Source of the DNA: Phoronis australis
Taxonomy: Eukaryota > Animalia > Phoronida
Direction of reading: 5' to 3'
Length of the DNA: 64,000 bases
NCBI GenBank assembly: GCA_002633005.1
Contig: NMRA01000003.1
Span: 905,452-969,451, forward strand
Under the pieces are notes generated by a model. It was not told where the DNA came from. It worked only from the letters and a program-made list of their open reading frames with translations, and did no database searches. The position numbers and the translations under genes were made by a program. Shown here piece by piece: positions 14,345 to 28,200 of the stretch (position 1 is its first letter; the number at the start of each line of letters is the position of its first letter).

Positions 14345-15313
14345 TGACCAGAGCACAATGTCTTAACAGAAATGACTATGTTGTTTTTACATTCTCTGAA
14401 ATGAGTCCAAGTCACTAGGTGACGCCAGGCGCATTCCATACGACGGGGCAACATCTAGCGCGACTCAGAGGCATCCAACTCACAGGGTGTGGCAAAATCT
14501 TCAGGTTTAAAAAAAACAAGTACAGAGAACGAAATTTTTTTATATTGTAATGGCATTCAGTTTGCTTAGTTTCTTTACAGTTCCAAAAATGAATTGAACG
14601 GACGAATGATGTGAGCTTTCTGTTTGGCGCGATTGTGAGGTTAGTTCACTGTGGAAAAGTTTTTGAAGAACGTCCTTGCTTCAAGTATGGATTAGATTTT
14701 ACTAAACGTTCTTATACTTCTAGCAGACCAGAGGGCGAGGAAATATGCAGGATAAAATCTAAAAAAAAAACGCAGCCAGTTTTCGTCTTTCTTTTGTACA
14801 ACTTTGAATTTTGCATAAAATCATATTTTNTGACCAGAGCACAATGTCTTAACAGAAATGACTATGTTGTTTTTACACTCTCTGAAATGAGTCCAAGTCA
14901 CTAGGTGACGCCAGGCGCATTCCATACGACGGGGCAACATCTAGCGCGACTCAGAGGCATCCAACTCACAGGGTGTGGCAAAATCTACAGGTTTAAAAAA
15001 AACAAGTACAGAGAACGAAATTTTTTTATATTGTAATGGCATTCAGTTTGCTTAGTTTCTTTACAGTTCCAAAAATGAATTGAACGGACGAATGTGAGCT
15101 TTCTGTTTGGCGCGATTGTGAGGTTAGTTCACTGTGGAAAAGTTTTTGAAGAACGTCCTTGCTTCAATTATGGATTAGATTTTACTAAACGTTCTTATAC
15201 TTCTAGCAGACCAGAGGGCGAGGAAATATGCAGGATAAAATCTAAAAAAAAAACGCAGCCAGTTTTCGTCTTTCTTTTGTACAACTTTGAATTTTGCATA
15301 AAATCATATTTTT
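14345..15313. repeat. ~485-bp near-identical tandem duplication joined at a single N (14830); probably an assembly/haplotype overlap
   Basis: 14345-14829 is repeated at 14831-15313 with only a few differences, and the junction is an N. Confidence 0.85.
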
Positions 15314-16309
15314 TGACAATGCACCATTGAAAAATTTAAAAAACAACTAATAGATTATTACATAAAAGTGATAAAATCATGGATATAATGTGAAAGATTC
15401 CTTTTAAACCGTTCTGCAAAAATTTGACTTTCCCAACTATAAGATCTTTATAATGTCCCTTGATGTTATCTGGGGTACACAAACAAGATTTCATTGAAAG
15501 GGAGGTTGCAGCTAAAGCTGTTGATTTATTTGATATAACAACCAGCCAACTTAAACATGTCATAGGATACATAGAAAAAACAACATGCAATTGAGCTGAA
15601 GATGAAAACATTTACTAAAGTAATAACGATAAAATTAGATTCGAATTTTCAAAATTAAAACTTGATATGACAGCTACTATCCATACTTATCATTCGTGTA
15701 ATGTTCACAATCAGAGCTTCACAATAATTACCATCTCAGCTGAATGGAGCTTGAACTGGTAGTGTGAGTGAAACTAGCGTTCCGATGTTACAGTGTTCAT
15801 CCATTGCACCAGTGAATCCATCTATTTAAGAACATGGAAAAATGCACGCAATTCTAAGTCCTATTTGTAGTTTCAAGAATTTCACATTTCATTTACAGTA
15901 ACCTACAGGTTCTACCTGCAGACATGGCAACAGTCTCTTAAGGTGGTCCCATTCTGAGAACTAGTTTTTTTTCAGTGAATGACAGGCACCGAACTGGGTA
16001 TGAATATCTAGTACCCTGTAAGGGACAATTGCCACAGACTTGATGTTGAATGTGAAATGACAGTGTGATAAAATGTATATTATTAAACTATAATTAAAAA
16101 GCTATTTTAAGATGACCATGAAGAGAGCAAAAACTTAACATGATGGTAAGAGGTAAACAGTAACAAAATGTACTTAACTAGAAAACTAGTAAGTTACATG
16201 TGGTTAAGAGTTTTAATGATGTAATCTATTATACCCACACTAGGGGAATTTCTTGCTCATGGAGTCTCTTTAATCATCATCTTAACAATTTTCAACTAAT
16301 TACTATTCT

Positions 16310-19300
16310 TTAATGGGAAACGTTGAGATCCAGAGTATTAAAAGTCGCCAGCAAGTTTCTATTAAGGGATGATTTGGCCAAGTTTGTCGCTGGTGGAGTG
16401 AGATCTTTATGTTTGCCAGGAGATTGCTTGACTGGAGATTTGAAACACTCTCGACACACAGCCAAATATTTGTCAGCGCCACCTATCACTTCAATCTGCA
16501 ATTAGACAATGTTGAAGTAACTACAGGGTTTTACAAACATGCATACTGCTGTGAGCCTTAGTACTGAATAACCAATAACAACACAGATGAATAAAAACAA
16601 AAACACAAGGTGGTAACCATGACAATTATTTCAGAATACGTAAATAAAATATAAAATTTCCTAACTCTTAGCCCTGTTTGTGTTCGTCATAATTTAATAA
16701 TACTTTTAATAAGTTCCTTTAAAAAGTGGGCGTGATTTCCAAGAAAACATCATTACATGTGGTGGCAGTTGAGTGACTACTCATAATGCATGAGTCAGCT
16801 GTCACGCACTACAGCAGCCACTTTAAGAAGTGGTGCACCACCAAAATAAAAGTTCAATTGATATATAATTCTGAAATGAGTTGAGTTTGAAAATATTTAG
16901 AGTTGTTTTGAATGAGCTTTTACTTCCACGTTCCCATGATGGGTAGAATGCATGCATGGTTCTCTTATGCAAGATGGGTGATACAGGTACAGAAGGTCTC
17001 CCCACTGTCCTAAGCCAACATGATCAGTCTTCATGGCAGCACATGGTTTTATTTCGGAGTATCCTTATCCTAGACTGGTTGCCTTCCATTCAAAGGGTTT
17101 AATCTCTGAGTTGCCCTTCTCATAGGTGACTTGTGGCCAAGGAACAATATTTTTTTTTACATGGTAAGGGAGTTAGCCCCTACGCCCAACCGTAGTGTGA
17201 CCCTCGGGAGTGTTGAAAGTGTTGGGATATATTTCATCTGATCTCTACCTTTCGACCTGCCCCAGCATGGGTGGCCCTGCCAGGAGTTTTTAAACTTCCA
17301 CCGGCAAAGCTCTAGAGGTCACTGAAATACGCAAGCTGTTCTGCCATGACAAGGCATACATCCCAGGAACAGGTTGAATGAGAATTATTTGGATTTAAAG
17401 TTTCGAGAGCACTAACCTGCGTTAAAACTGTTTCATGAAATTTTTTAACTAAAATTAAGCAGAAAGAGTATCTCTGAAGTGTTTTGTTCGGTTGAAACCA
17501 ATCTAAGTTTATATTTACATTTACAACAACATTTGATAGACTCTCCAATTGGCAGTCATTGGATCTTGCATCAGAATGATTATCACAACAAAATTGGCCT
17601 GCACTTTGTCTCGCTATCCATTTCAAACAGAGATAACATGATGACAATGGTTGATTTGGCGACCTTGCTACTTCACATCGTGTTTGGTAAACTTAGTTGT
17701 CACGAAGTCGTCACAGCAAGAATCAAAGTCAGACAATTATTCAAAATTTGTGGTGACTTCCAAACGTTATATTAACATTATTTTCCCCTAGATTCAGTAC
17801 CTTCGATACACAATTGTTCATTTGTTTCATGAAATTTGTCACCCTCAGCAGTGTGCACATATCAAATGCCCACGCACTTAAATTAAAACAGGAAGTAAAT
17901 AGACGAAAGTCTGAATTGTTCGGCAAAAATCAGTCGAGGATGGACCACGAAATACGAGCCTCCAGTGCATCCGATTGTCTTCAGTGTTTCACAGTAAGAG
18001 TAATGAAGAATTGGGTAAACAACTGTGTATATTCACAGGCGAAATGGACGAGGTATTCTTAATTTTCTAATAATGGTGACAGCGGCATGTTTTTTTCTTC
18101 TTTTTTTGTTGTGGTTGATTTTGACAAAGTCGTTTTGACATTAAACTAAGCGTTGAACACTGGTAGGAGTTCGATCATGAAAAGAGAGGCCAAATGGTAA
18201 CTACTAAATTAAACTAAACTAGTACACAAGGGAGGAAAGTCCAGACAGAACTCTAATAACTGTTGAACCTGCTGTCACTCTGTATTGAGAAACTGCATTT
18301 CTCCAAGGATCAAAGGAGTAACTATCATATTTAGGTTACAAATGGTGAGGAGACTGTCTATTCTCAAATCCCAAAATAAGCGTTCTTAACATGCAGAACT
18401 AAAATACACTTTGTGTAAATGAAATAATTTCCCTAAACCAAGTCAGACAGGTGAAGAATGTTACATAGTGTTTCACTAAACTATTCAACTTTTTATGTCT
18501 CCATTGTAACCCAATGTCCAACTTTGAAACTTCATTCGCATCGAAATGACAAAAGGCAAACCAATTTTCATGCAAAACAGAGACTGGCACGGCTGCATTG
18601 TATTAAGTGCAAATGTTGACAGATTGCTATAAAGAAAGAAACTGACATTTCTCATATTCTTGTATCAAATTGTTAAACAGGGGTTTTGATGTTATGGACA
18701 AAACATAAATATCTTACATTAAACGTTACTCCTTCAAACGAGAATCCATGAGGTTTTAGTTACAGTAACATCACATCACTGTTAGCCAAGTTGTAATAGA
18801 TTACCTTCCGACTATAATCAGGGGTGTGACGAACACTCACCTCAGTCTCAGAACCTTTCCTTTTTGTGAAAGAGGCTTGACGAAAACACACCATACAAAC
18901 AGCAGTTAACTTGACCACACTTTCAGCAATGGGAACTAGCTGAAGTATATCGCCAAAACCCTGTGCAAACACAAATAGGTATTACATAAAAAGTTCTATT
19001 GCAACCAACAATGAAAATAATAACCAGTGTGATCATAGAAATCTCAAATTGCAATCAATTTTCATTTTCTATTTGTTGCACATGAATTTCAAAAGTTCAC
19101 AACTGATATCTGAAAAACTTGTTCCACATTCACCTCAGATGTTGTGCCAAAAATGCCTTTTGAAAGCAGCAGGGCTTGGAATGACCAATGACAACAAAAG
19201 AGGAAAATTTTCCAGGTGATGTAGCGTTCCACAAATATATAAGCTTGTGTGATAAAAATTTTTTTTGTGTTGTAAAATTAAGCTGAAATACGTGTTTTTT

Positions 19301-22300
19301 GCATGAATAAAGTCAAAATAATTATAAAAAAGAGACGAAAAAAGAGGAAACTAGAAATCAAGTAAGAGGAAATCAAAACCAAAAAAGAGTAAATCCTCTT
19401 AAAAGAGGAAAATTCCAATCCCTGAAGCAGGCCAAAAACAGTAGAGTTTATAATTTACCTTTCTCTGGAAGGTGGCATCAAGAGCAGCAACGATCACTAT
19501 TTTGCCCAGGTCTGCCATGCGTTCACAGAACGGAATAATATCAGGGAACTAAATAGGAAAACAAGGAAACAAAATGTAAAAAGTGACAAAGAGCGCTACA
19601 TGAATGTGCTGAGGCAGCGTACACACAGTGGTAACCGGGGTCCTTGCACAAAAGCAGCAAATAATAAGTGATGACGCGAGGATATTCTTGACCAGGTTTG
19701 AACATGTGCACTTTGGGCGCACTTGATGATAAAAGTGTGCCCAGCAGACTCGGTGTAATTAAAGTGAAAACATATGAAATAGGGCACTGCTGAAATGTTC
19801 TTGCGCCTTTTTATTTTTTATGTGCTAATGGTGCAATCCAGGCATATCCCAGATGAGGAGACCTAAGCCACATAAAGGCAAGTATATTTTGACAGGAAGT
19901 TGCCTTTTAGTAACTCAGGCAGCGACAGAAACTTATAGGGGGAATTTCTCACACAAGTCTAGTGTTAGTGCGTGTCATTTCTCCAGAAAAGCAGTGAAAC
20001 ACAAGAGATGGCAAAATTTTGACGACACCAGTAGATGCATAACACTCAATAATGCATGCTCAGTGAGAGCTTCAGTACAGTAATAAGTCAAGGGACCAAC
20101 GTACAAATTGTCCTTCATCAATTCCTATAACTTCAGCATTGAACGCCTCTTGGTACAGTTCTTCCAGTTTGTTTGCACTCCTTGCAGATAACACTTGTCT
20201 GTGAATAGAATTTGTAGAAACACAATTAGACTCCAAGAAAAGATTATGTCACAGAGTAATGAAGCAGTAAGTGAACTAGAAATGAATGAGAAGGAGTGGC
20301 GTGGTGGTATTCCGTGACCATCTTCGCAGTAATTTCACATAATTTAACTTGTACCATAATCAATAAATGACATTTTTCTACCACTTATATGTCAGATGCA
20401 AATATGAACAAAATAAAATTTACAAGAAAATTATGTCAGTCAAATTATTTAAAACATTTTATTACACCTGTATCTCATTTACTCTGTGTATGGTTTGAAC
20501 ATCTTTACTAGGACACTGTACCCTTTTAAACTTTATTTACTATTTTATAACGTATATTGCTGCATCCTCCATTATTTTGTTGATTTGGATGGTATGTATT
20601 GTATTTCAAATAGTGTATTGATTCGTTAAGCTTTTAGTATTTGGCGAGTTGTACGACAGTTTACTTTACTGCACAGTATTGTATGTTATGAAGTCCTATA
20701 TTTGCAGTTATTTCACTTATTTTAACTTTTCTGTCATTAATGACATTTTCTACCACATATTTTCTGTAGCTCAAAACCTTGTCATCTGCAAATGTGAGCA
20801 ACAACGCTCTGAGGAGAAACACCTGCCGATATCAAACGGAAAACTTAGAAGCTACAAATTGACGAAAGCAAGAACAATAATGACCATGATCTTGACACCC
20901 ATGGCACCATTATCAAACTAACAATAGTGCAAAGAGAAATTAGTCAACAAATGAGCAATCACCCAATCTGAATGTCATATAACTCAAGAAGGGTGAGTTG
21001 TACTTAAAAGTCGATGACATACTGCAGACAGTTAATGAGGGTACCTATCAACATACTAAACTCAAGAAGATTCCCTCAAATGACCCAAAAGTGATTATTC
21101 TGGAAAGGCTATCACAGCACCACCTTGTATCCGAATTCGCCCCGAAAGAAGAGGGCACACTAAACCGCAAAACATTAAAGGAGTAGGCAACCGTTTTTGG
21201 TGTTCTTTTACTTAAATTATGACTTTCAAGTTATTCTAGATAAGTTTTCAAGTTAACCAAAGTATACTAGGCTCTAAATTCATTAATGCATCACTTAAGA
21301 ACTTAAAGTTTGCAGCCTGAATCATTTCAAGTCATTTCTGTTTACATGCACTTCAAACTGTGCCTGACACAGTATGTCTCACTGGCTTTATCCGGTTGTA
21401 ACAATTTACTCCATTATTAGTCTTTCTAAGTCTCACTCACAGTCTATGCAAACATCTTTTGAAGAATACAAACATTCCATTTCACCGATTCCCCATGGAT
21501 GACAAAATCTAACCCGTGCATGTGACCAATCGCCATAGCAACTCGCACATCTTCACCATGTATGTAATATGCGGCCACATAGGCTACTCCAGCCATTTTG
21601 CATCCACTGCAGATCAAATAATGGGTAAATCCCACACAACTGGGCTCTTAGCTAGTTCAATCTATAATTGTCGGAAATACTTGTCACAGATAAATAACGC
21701 ATTTTTTTTAAAAAAAGCATGTCTCCAATAAATCGTCTCACAAAGAAAGCTGACTGTGAAAGATTCGGGTTGCAAATTTCACATCCGCATAATTAATTAG
21801 TACACAGGATAAAAATTTATACCATCATTATTTGATAATCGTAATTTAACCCAAAATGACCCAAAAACATTTGTCTCCCCCTTAAAACTGACATTCAATC
21901 ACCATACCTGTCATGGGTCGCCACTCCTTCCTTGTCATACCTCACGTCATTAGCATACTTCACCAGAAGGCAATCATAGTTAGCTATTTGGTACCTCTTC
22001 ATTCGTCGGATCAGTTCAGTTCTATGAACAAATAACATATTGATATTGAAATACGAGATAAATCAGAAGTAACTTCCATGATTGACATATGTCCCAATTA
22101 AAAATATGTTCGTTGCAACCTCGTCACCACAGATGAAAAAGAAGCGAGGTCATTAAGGTATTATGATGAAATAGAAATACGATGAATATGATAGAAAACA
22201 CAATATAGTAAGTAAAAAATAATCTTTGGTAAAATGGGAAATAAGAAAGAACAAATAAAATACTGAGGAACACATGACAATCATCAACCAATACGAATAA

Positions 22301-24944
22301 ACAGCTGACTAAACTAAAGACACGCTATAAGAAGACTGACCTGATATCATATAGGTTTTGTCACTCTAGTGCTATCCGCTAGCAAGCAAATAGAACAGAG
22401 TTAAATAAAACTTATAAAACTAAAACCAGTGTCAGCCAACTCCAGCTGGGCCCGGTCTCCAATCTTTTTACTCGAAATGGAACTCGAAATTAGGTTTGGC
22501 ATTTTCTACTCTACTTTTGGGCGAACTCAAGATAAGTGTCTATTATTCTATGGTCGAGTACACAATAACTTACGTAGATAATTTATTGCCCTTAGTTCAC
22601 AGTTTGTAAACCCAATATTAAAGCAATAAGTTCGAGTTTGAANNNNNNNNNNNNNNNNNNNNNNNNNNNNNNNNNNNNNNNNNNNNNNNNNNNNNNNNNN
22701 NNNNNNNNNNNNNNNNNNNNNNNNNNNNNNNNNNNNNNNNNNNNNNNNNNNNNNNNNNNNNNNNNNNNNNNNNNAATAATTATATAGTCACTTTGGGAAA
22801 CTATTTGTGACAGAGACGCAATGTCATAAAATACAACGTTGTTTGTGCGGTCGTCTCCGTTCAAACGAAACCCGCACCTGTGAACGTTGGAGATAAACAA
22901 AAACTTCGATTTGATAAAAATTTATATTGAATACGTCACAGCAGAGAAATATCAACACCCATGAGAATAAATTTAAAGAGAATCGGGACCTGCCAATAAA
23001 CACTGGCCATATCGAGCGACGAAAACCAGGACGCACCCACAAGTGACTAAGAGACAGGTGTCTATGCGAGGTTACGGATAAGCGTCCTTTTTCGTAATGG
23101 AATTCAACTTACAATAATCAACACAGAAACTGAACACTCCTGGCTCATTTTTCTGAACTAAAACGACAATGCTTTCCAATTGTTCAGCTGAAAAACCTTT
23201 TTTCCAGCTTCTTGTAGCATTGGCTCTAAATGTTCTGGTATATTTCTCATGACCTCATCATGGAAAATCGCAGCAGACCTTGGTACAATGAAATTACACA
23301 TTGCAACTTTTTCAGACAACAATGTCAGAACTTTCCCATTCAACTGTAACATGTCGCCGTCTGGCGCCATCTTCAATTCGTAATAATTCTTTTTCAAGAA
23401 CGTCATACACCTTATTGTGGATAACAAACTTAGGCAACAGCAGAATACTTAAACAAAGTCCGACTGAGTACTCCTGTTACATATTAAAAACTCATTTTCG
23501 CCCTATTAACAGATATTAAAAACGACTTCACCATCCAATTCTCTGAAACAAAATAATGCTCTGAAACCCTCAAAAATTTGAAAACTAGCTCTTTTCAAAG
23601 TCCGCTAAACAAGCGTGACCAACGCTTTCATGAATTACACAGCAACTGCAAGGGAAAGACACGGGGAGCATAAATTTTTAGTTGATTCCTGCCTTTAACT
23701 TGAAAGATTGGCACCAATGATGCAATAGCAGGTGACCGAACGAGGATAAACATGGAAATCATCAAAACACGGTTCAGTATCCTCTTAAAAACAAAAGTGC
23801 AAAAAATAAAACCAATGTATTATTTTATCACTTTTTAATCAAAGCCAAATACACTTAAGAAAAATCACAAATGTGAATTTTTTAAAAACGACTGACAGAT
23901 CTTAAAACCTTAGTAAATAGCTTCAATCTTATTTTATCTTACACTAGGACTACAGAAATTGCACTCAATGTCAACTTACGATTTTCCTGAGAACATTGGT
24001 CCAAATATTATCTGAAAAAGAAAAATAGGAGTACTTTGACAATTTTATTCAACGAATCTTGAAAGAGTGTTGGTTTGGAATATATACATCACCAAAATCA
24101 CGTTACCAAACTGCAGACATTGCCAATGCTTCATTATCTACACGTGATAAAACAACTGAAGGTTGTCAACTAGTAAAAGTATATATTTTCGGAAAGAAAA
24201 AGGATCAGGGATTACAATTTTTGTATCTATAAGCCATTGTTATAGTTATAGTTATAACATCAACACCTTTTTTAATAAAGGTACATTCATAGCAAAATAA
24301 TCCCTTTGTCGATTTTAATTATACCCGGCCTTTTTTTAAATGAAAACTTCAACAGTTACCTCAAAAACACTGTTAAGAATTTTCGATGAGTTCTGGTAAA
24401 TCTGCAACATATCAACTTGCAAAACGTAAGGTATTTTTGTAAAAAAGCAGTTGTAGGCTATTTGTCTTTGTTTTATTACACAAAAACCACAGGCGTCCTC
24501 AGCTTCTGATTGTCCCCAATACACTACATATAATACTACTAGTATTATATGTAGTGTATTGGGGACGATCAGAAGCTGAGGACGCCTGTGACAAAAACTA
24601 GGCCTTTCTTTATAATTTATAACAAAAATCCTAACAGCGTTTTTGAGATTGATGAACAACTATTAAGTTGGAATGTTTCAATGACTTCGAGAGCTCGTGT
24701 TCCTAAGCTCAAATTAAGTGTATTTGCCGAAGCCGAGCAAAAGCCATGTCAGATTTTATTTGGTCAGTTTTTACCCACATCGGCGCAAAGCTGAGTATAC
24801 CACCAGCTGCACCAGCAAGGCTACAACTTACAAGGGCCCGTGACTAATTATTCTTGTACATTTTAAAAGGTAAATACTTACCTGGATCTGACCCCTTATA
24901 CTATCAGGTGTTGGAATTGTCGAAATACTTGGACTGGACATCAT
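16310..24944 (-). CDS. TK1: Cytosolic thymidine kinase 1 (7 coding exons)
   Basis: Exons 24944-24882 (MMSSPS...RGQIQ), 24011-23980 ([12 protein letters not shown]-loop), 22021-21908 ([10 protein letters not shown]...ATHD), 20198-20105 (VIGIDEGQF), 19548-19459 (FPDI...[13 protein letters not shown]), 18960-18841 (KLTAVCMVC) and 16495-16310 ([18 protein letters not shown]...stop). All introns are GT-AG and phases are consistent. Confidence 0.97.
17015..17360 (-). mobile_element. Probable non-LTR retroelement (RTE-like) non-coding fragment in a TK1 intron
   Basis: GC-richer block (GGAGTTAGCCCCTACGCCCAACC; CCTTTCGACCTGCCCAGCATGGGTGGCCCTGCCAGGAG; GGTCACTGAAATACGCAAGC) resembling the RTE-clade 5' regions I recall. 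Recognition only, with no ORF. Confidence 0.3.
19170..19424. mobile_element. MITE with CAGGGCTTGGAAT/ATTCCAATCCCTG termini
   Basis: 13-bp imperfect TIRs, flanked by the direct repeat AAGCAG (19164-19169 and 19425-19430), with internal AAGAGGAAA repeats. Confidence 0.55.
22643..22774. other. Assembly gap (N run)
   Basis: Run of N. Confidence 1.
22830..23430 (-). pseudogene. Degraded Ty3/Gypsy LTR-retrotransposon pol (reverse transcriptase) remnant in TK1 intron 2
   Basis: Across stops and frameshifts, the minus strand yields [24 protein letters not shown] and [22 protein letters not shown]. These match the Gypsy RT motifs RFCVDYRKLN, KDAYPLPRID and FSTLDLxSGYWQV. Confidence 0.7.
24488..24590. 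mobile_element. 103-bp foldback MITE (50-bp arms, 3-nt loop) with an 8-bp TSD
   Basis: 24488-24537 is the reverse complement of 24541-24590 with one mismatch. ACAAAAAC occurs on both sides (24480-24487 and 24591-24598). Confidence 0.85.
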
Positions 24945-25284
24945 TTTGACGTTTTATTAGAGTCGTTTACTTTCACCCAAGATCTCCTTTGCACACTGTT
25001 GATTGTGATTATAACAAATTGGCGCCAAGTTAAATTTCCCGCTATTTAGCCTCGTTCCCAAGCTAAACCCAATGAGCTATCTGATTGGCTAAGTCAATCA
25101 GCGCTAAATCAGTTGTAAAATTTTATCATTTTTAGACAGTCATTATTCCTATTTTACTTTGTTCATATTCATTTAACATTTATTGTTATGTTTTTGAACT
25201 GAATTTTGACATTTTATGTTTTATAATACTTGATTCCTAAACTTCATACGGTGTTGAGAGTATTGTTTGCATGACAACAAAAAA
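24945..25284. promoter_or_regulatory. Bidirectional promoter region TK1/CCDC96 with E2F, CCAAT and RFX X-box-like motifs
   Basis: 340 bp lie between the divergent ATGs. Motifs: TTGGCGCCAA 25019-25028, TTTCCCGC 25035-25042 (E2F), CCAAT 25069-25073, ATTGG 25084-25088 and GTTTGCATGACAAC 25265-25278 (X-box-like). Confidence 0.6.
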
Positions 25285-28200
25285 ATGGCGGATCAGGTTT
25301 GTTGATCGTGTTTCCCATGTTGTTGACTTGTTACTCTGGCAGTTGGATTTATTCACTGATTTCATATTACATTAATCAACATTAGGTTCACATTTTGCTA
25401 TAGGTATTCATGGTTTGGCAAACATCGTCATATGTTTTGCTCGTATAATAATTTTATTCCCTCGACAACCAGTGCAGTGCAGTGGTCTGCCAGTGGGCAG
25501 TGTCACTGTCAGTGTCACTGACACTGCTACTGCCACTGTCACTGGTCGGATATAAAGGTCCCTGAGTTACAGAATCAGGCAATCATCTCTGAATAATGGG
25601 CCGGTTACTTAGTGGATGAAACTGGTTCTCAAACTCAGAGACCGCTATATCCGACCAGTGCCCTGGCTCTGTCTGTACATGCTGTGTGCTCCTCACTGAC
25701 CAGCTCAGACTCAGTGTCAGGCTGTGGCATAGACAGTGACCACCGTCTCTAGCTTTCCCCAGTGGAAAAGCTTTTAGTCGAATTATGCCTAACACTAATT
25801 AAAACATCAAAGTCACGTTGTTATAAATACCTGTTGCGCATAGAAATAGAGGGACACGTTAGGAGGCTGTCGATGTCTTAAATTCCTTCCAAGTCAAACA
25901 AATACTCCAGTAAATTTTTCTTCAGGCAGTCCTTCACTCAGTTGCACAAATCAGCTACTGACCATTTTTACACTGTGCGCATTCCTATTTTTACTGTGCC
26001 CACCAGGAACAGTGACCAGTTTAGTCAAGAAATTCTCTACATGGTTGCACGTATAGTGCATCCTCAAATGTGTGTGTGTGGTGACGTAGAGATAGCCAAC
26101 CAAAATCCGACGTCGCCAAATCATATTAAGGGAGCAACTTGCTGTTTGTGCATAGACTCCTTGTCTCAGGAGTTTTACAAAAATTCGGGTATGACCAGCC
26201 TTGACTGACAGCACTTCAGCTGCATGTTGTGCATTGCTAAGTTAATTTGAAAGCAAGATTTGCCCTTTATATGCCCAAACCTATAGGATGACAATTGGCT
26301 TTTTTCAATGTCCAAGTGCTGCTTTATGGCCCTTGGTAATTGTCCCATTATGTATGTGCCCACTCCTCTGGTCGGATTTTTAGAATTCAGAAACTTGACC
26401 ATGTTTACTTTTCACAAAGTATTCAAATATCGGTACTAGCTTTCAAAGTTAAAATTAAAAAATACAGTTGTAGCCCCCAGTGTTTGCAATCATGTTTACA
26501 ATGAGCAATTTTGTGCCTGATTACACAAGTTAATCTCCAAAGAGCAATAACACCAGCTTAGGATGGATGGTTTCTTTGAAAATAGCAAATTTCAAGGTTA
26601 GCAAACTGATTGAGTTGCCCAAACTCGACCACGCGGGTGTTTCCATTTACGTGATAAAAATTGCTGATTTCGGTTGAGACTTAATTTCATTTTTATTTTT
26701 ATTTATTTGTTTTTATGGTTGCACACACATGCCAAAGAGTGTGTTGCAGTGGACCTGTGCATTCAACTGCGGTGCATTGAAGTGACAATATTATGTTTTC
26801 CTGTCATATGAATTGTTTACATATACCCTGAAGTTATCTGAGAGTTCACAGAATTTTTACAAGTGGATAATTGTCCATAATTCATTTGAAAAATTACATT
26901 AGCACCACTAGTAAAGGAAAATTTGCAATAGATTTACCCCCTCTGAGTTGTTTTGAATTGTCATCACCTTGCTTGCCATTGAACACACATAACTTTTCAA
27001 TCCCAAGTGTTACGGTACATATTGTACAGTTTGGAAGGGTGGGAATTATATTAGACATCCCTTATTCATGAATTGACAATTTCTATTTTAGACCCTGTTG
27101 ATACAAACTGTTTGTCTGATATTTGAGAAATATGATGATTCATACTTGGCCATATCCACCCTAATCTTCAGAATCGCAAGAAAATCAATTTTGGGCTGAA
27201 TTTCGGCGTGCCAAATTTCAGAGACCGCCCAATCTGCGGAATTTTCACTATATTTTTCTTCATTTCAGGAGAATGCTCCTACTGAGGACCCTGTTCCTAC
27301 TGAAGCCCCTGCCCCTACTGAAGCCCCTGCTCCTACTGAAGCCCCTGCTGATGCTGTAGCCCCAGCTGATACTGAAGCTCCGGCTGATTCTGAAGTCCCA
27401 GCTGGTACCGTGGCAGATGAGACAAGTGAACAGTCACCTGCAGAACCCAATGGAGAAGTGCCTGCAGAGGAGCCTCAGCCAACAGAACAAGGTATCTACA
27501 GGAAGTAGATTACATGTAGATGTTGAGTTATACTTGAGAATAGCATGAAACATTGTTTTGTTTTGGGTTGATGCACTTCGTTCTCAACATCTTAGTGCTT
27601 GATATATATTTACCAAAGCCATTCATTTTGATTATCTATTTGATGCAAAAATATCATCATCATCCAGATGAAGTACTTGGCAGTAAAGAAACTTCTGGAA
27701 ACCCACTTAAAATTTTCTCCTGGGGTGGGTTTTACAGATTTTAATTTTTTTTTTGCATAAAGTTCTTCACCTGGGTGAATCTGTTTTGCCAGTTTCCACT
27801 TCCAAGTTCATGTCGTCAAATAATAATTCCTGTGGTGTTACGAAACAAACACTTTGTTGTGCACTTGAATTTTTGTGCCATTGACTGTGTATGTGGTGGC
27901 AAATCTTATAATAAGAGTTTGCTTGTTCATAGCTGACATTTACCCCTACTTCTTTGATGCTGAAAATTTCACTTCTTTTGTAGAAGGTGAAGCCAAATCT
28001 CCTGAAGATGTCATAGCTGAAGAAAATACACCAGCAGGAGATACTGCAGAAGTGCCTCCTAGTGGTGAGAGTAAGCCAGCAGATGAGACTCAGGAGGATG
28101 GAGAAGTCAAACCTGAAGAACCAGTAGGTGATGCTGAAGGTCAGGAAGTTATTGCACCTGCTGAAGATTCTGCCGAAGCCAATAAGGAGACAGAGGGCGC

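Noticed and set aside
14345-15313. Apparent duplicated gene (two ORFs beginning MSFLFGAIVRLVHCGK)
   Set aside because: Near-identical copies joined at a single N point to a scaffolding overlap, and the ORFs have no protein-like features or ATG start.
25470-25546. CAGTG/CACTG-rich quasi-palindrome in CCDC96 intron 1
   Set aside because: Low-complexity pentamer repeats, with no TSD or RNA-gene features.
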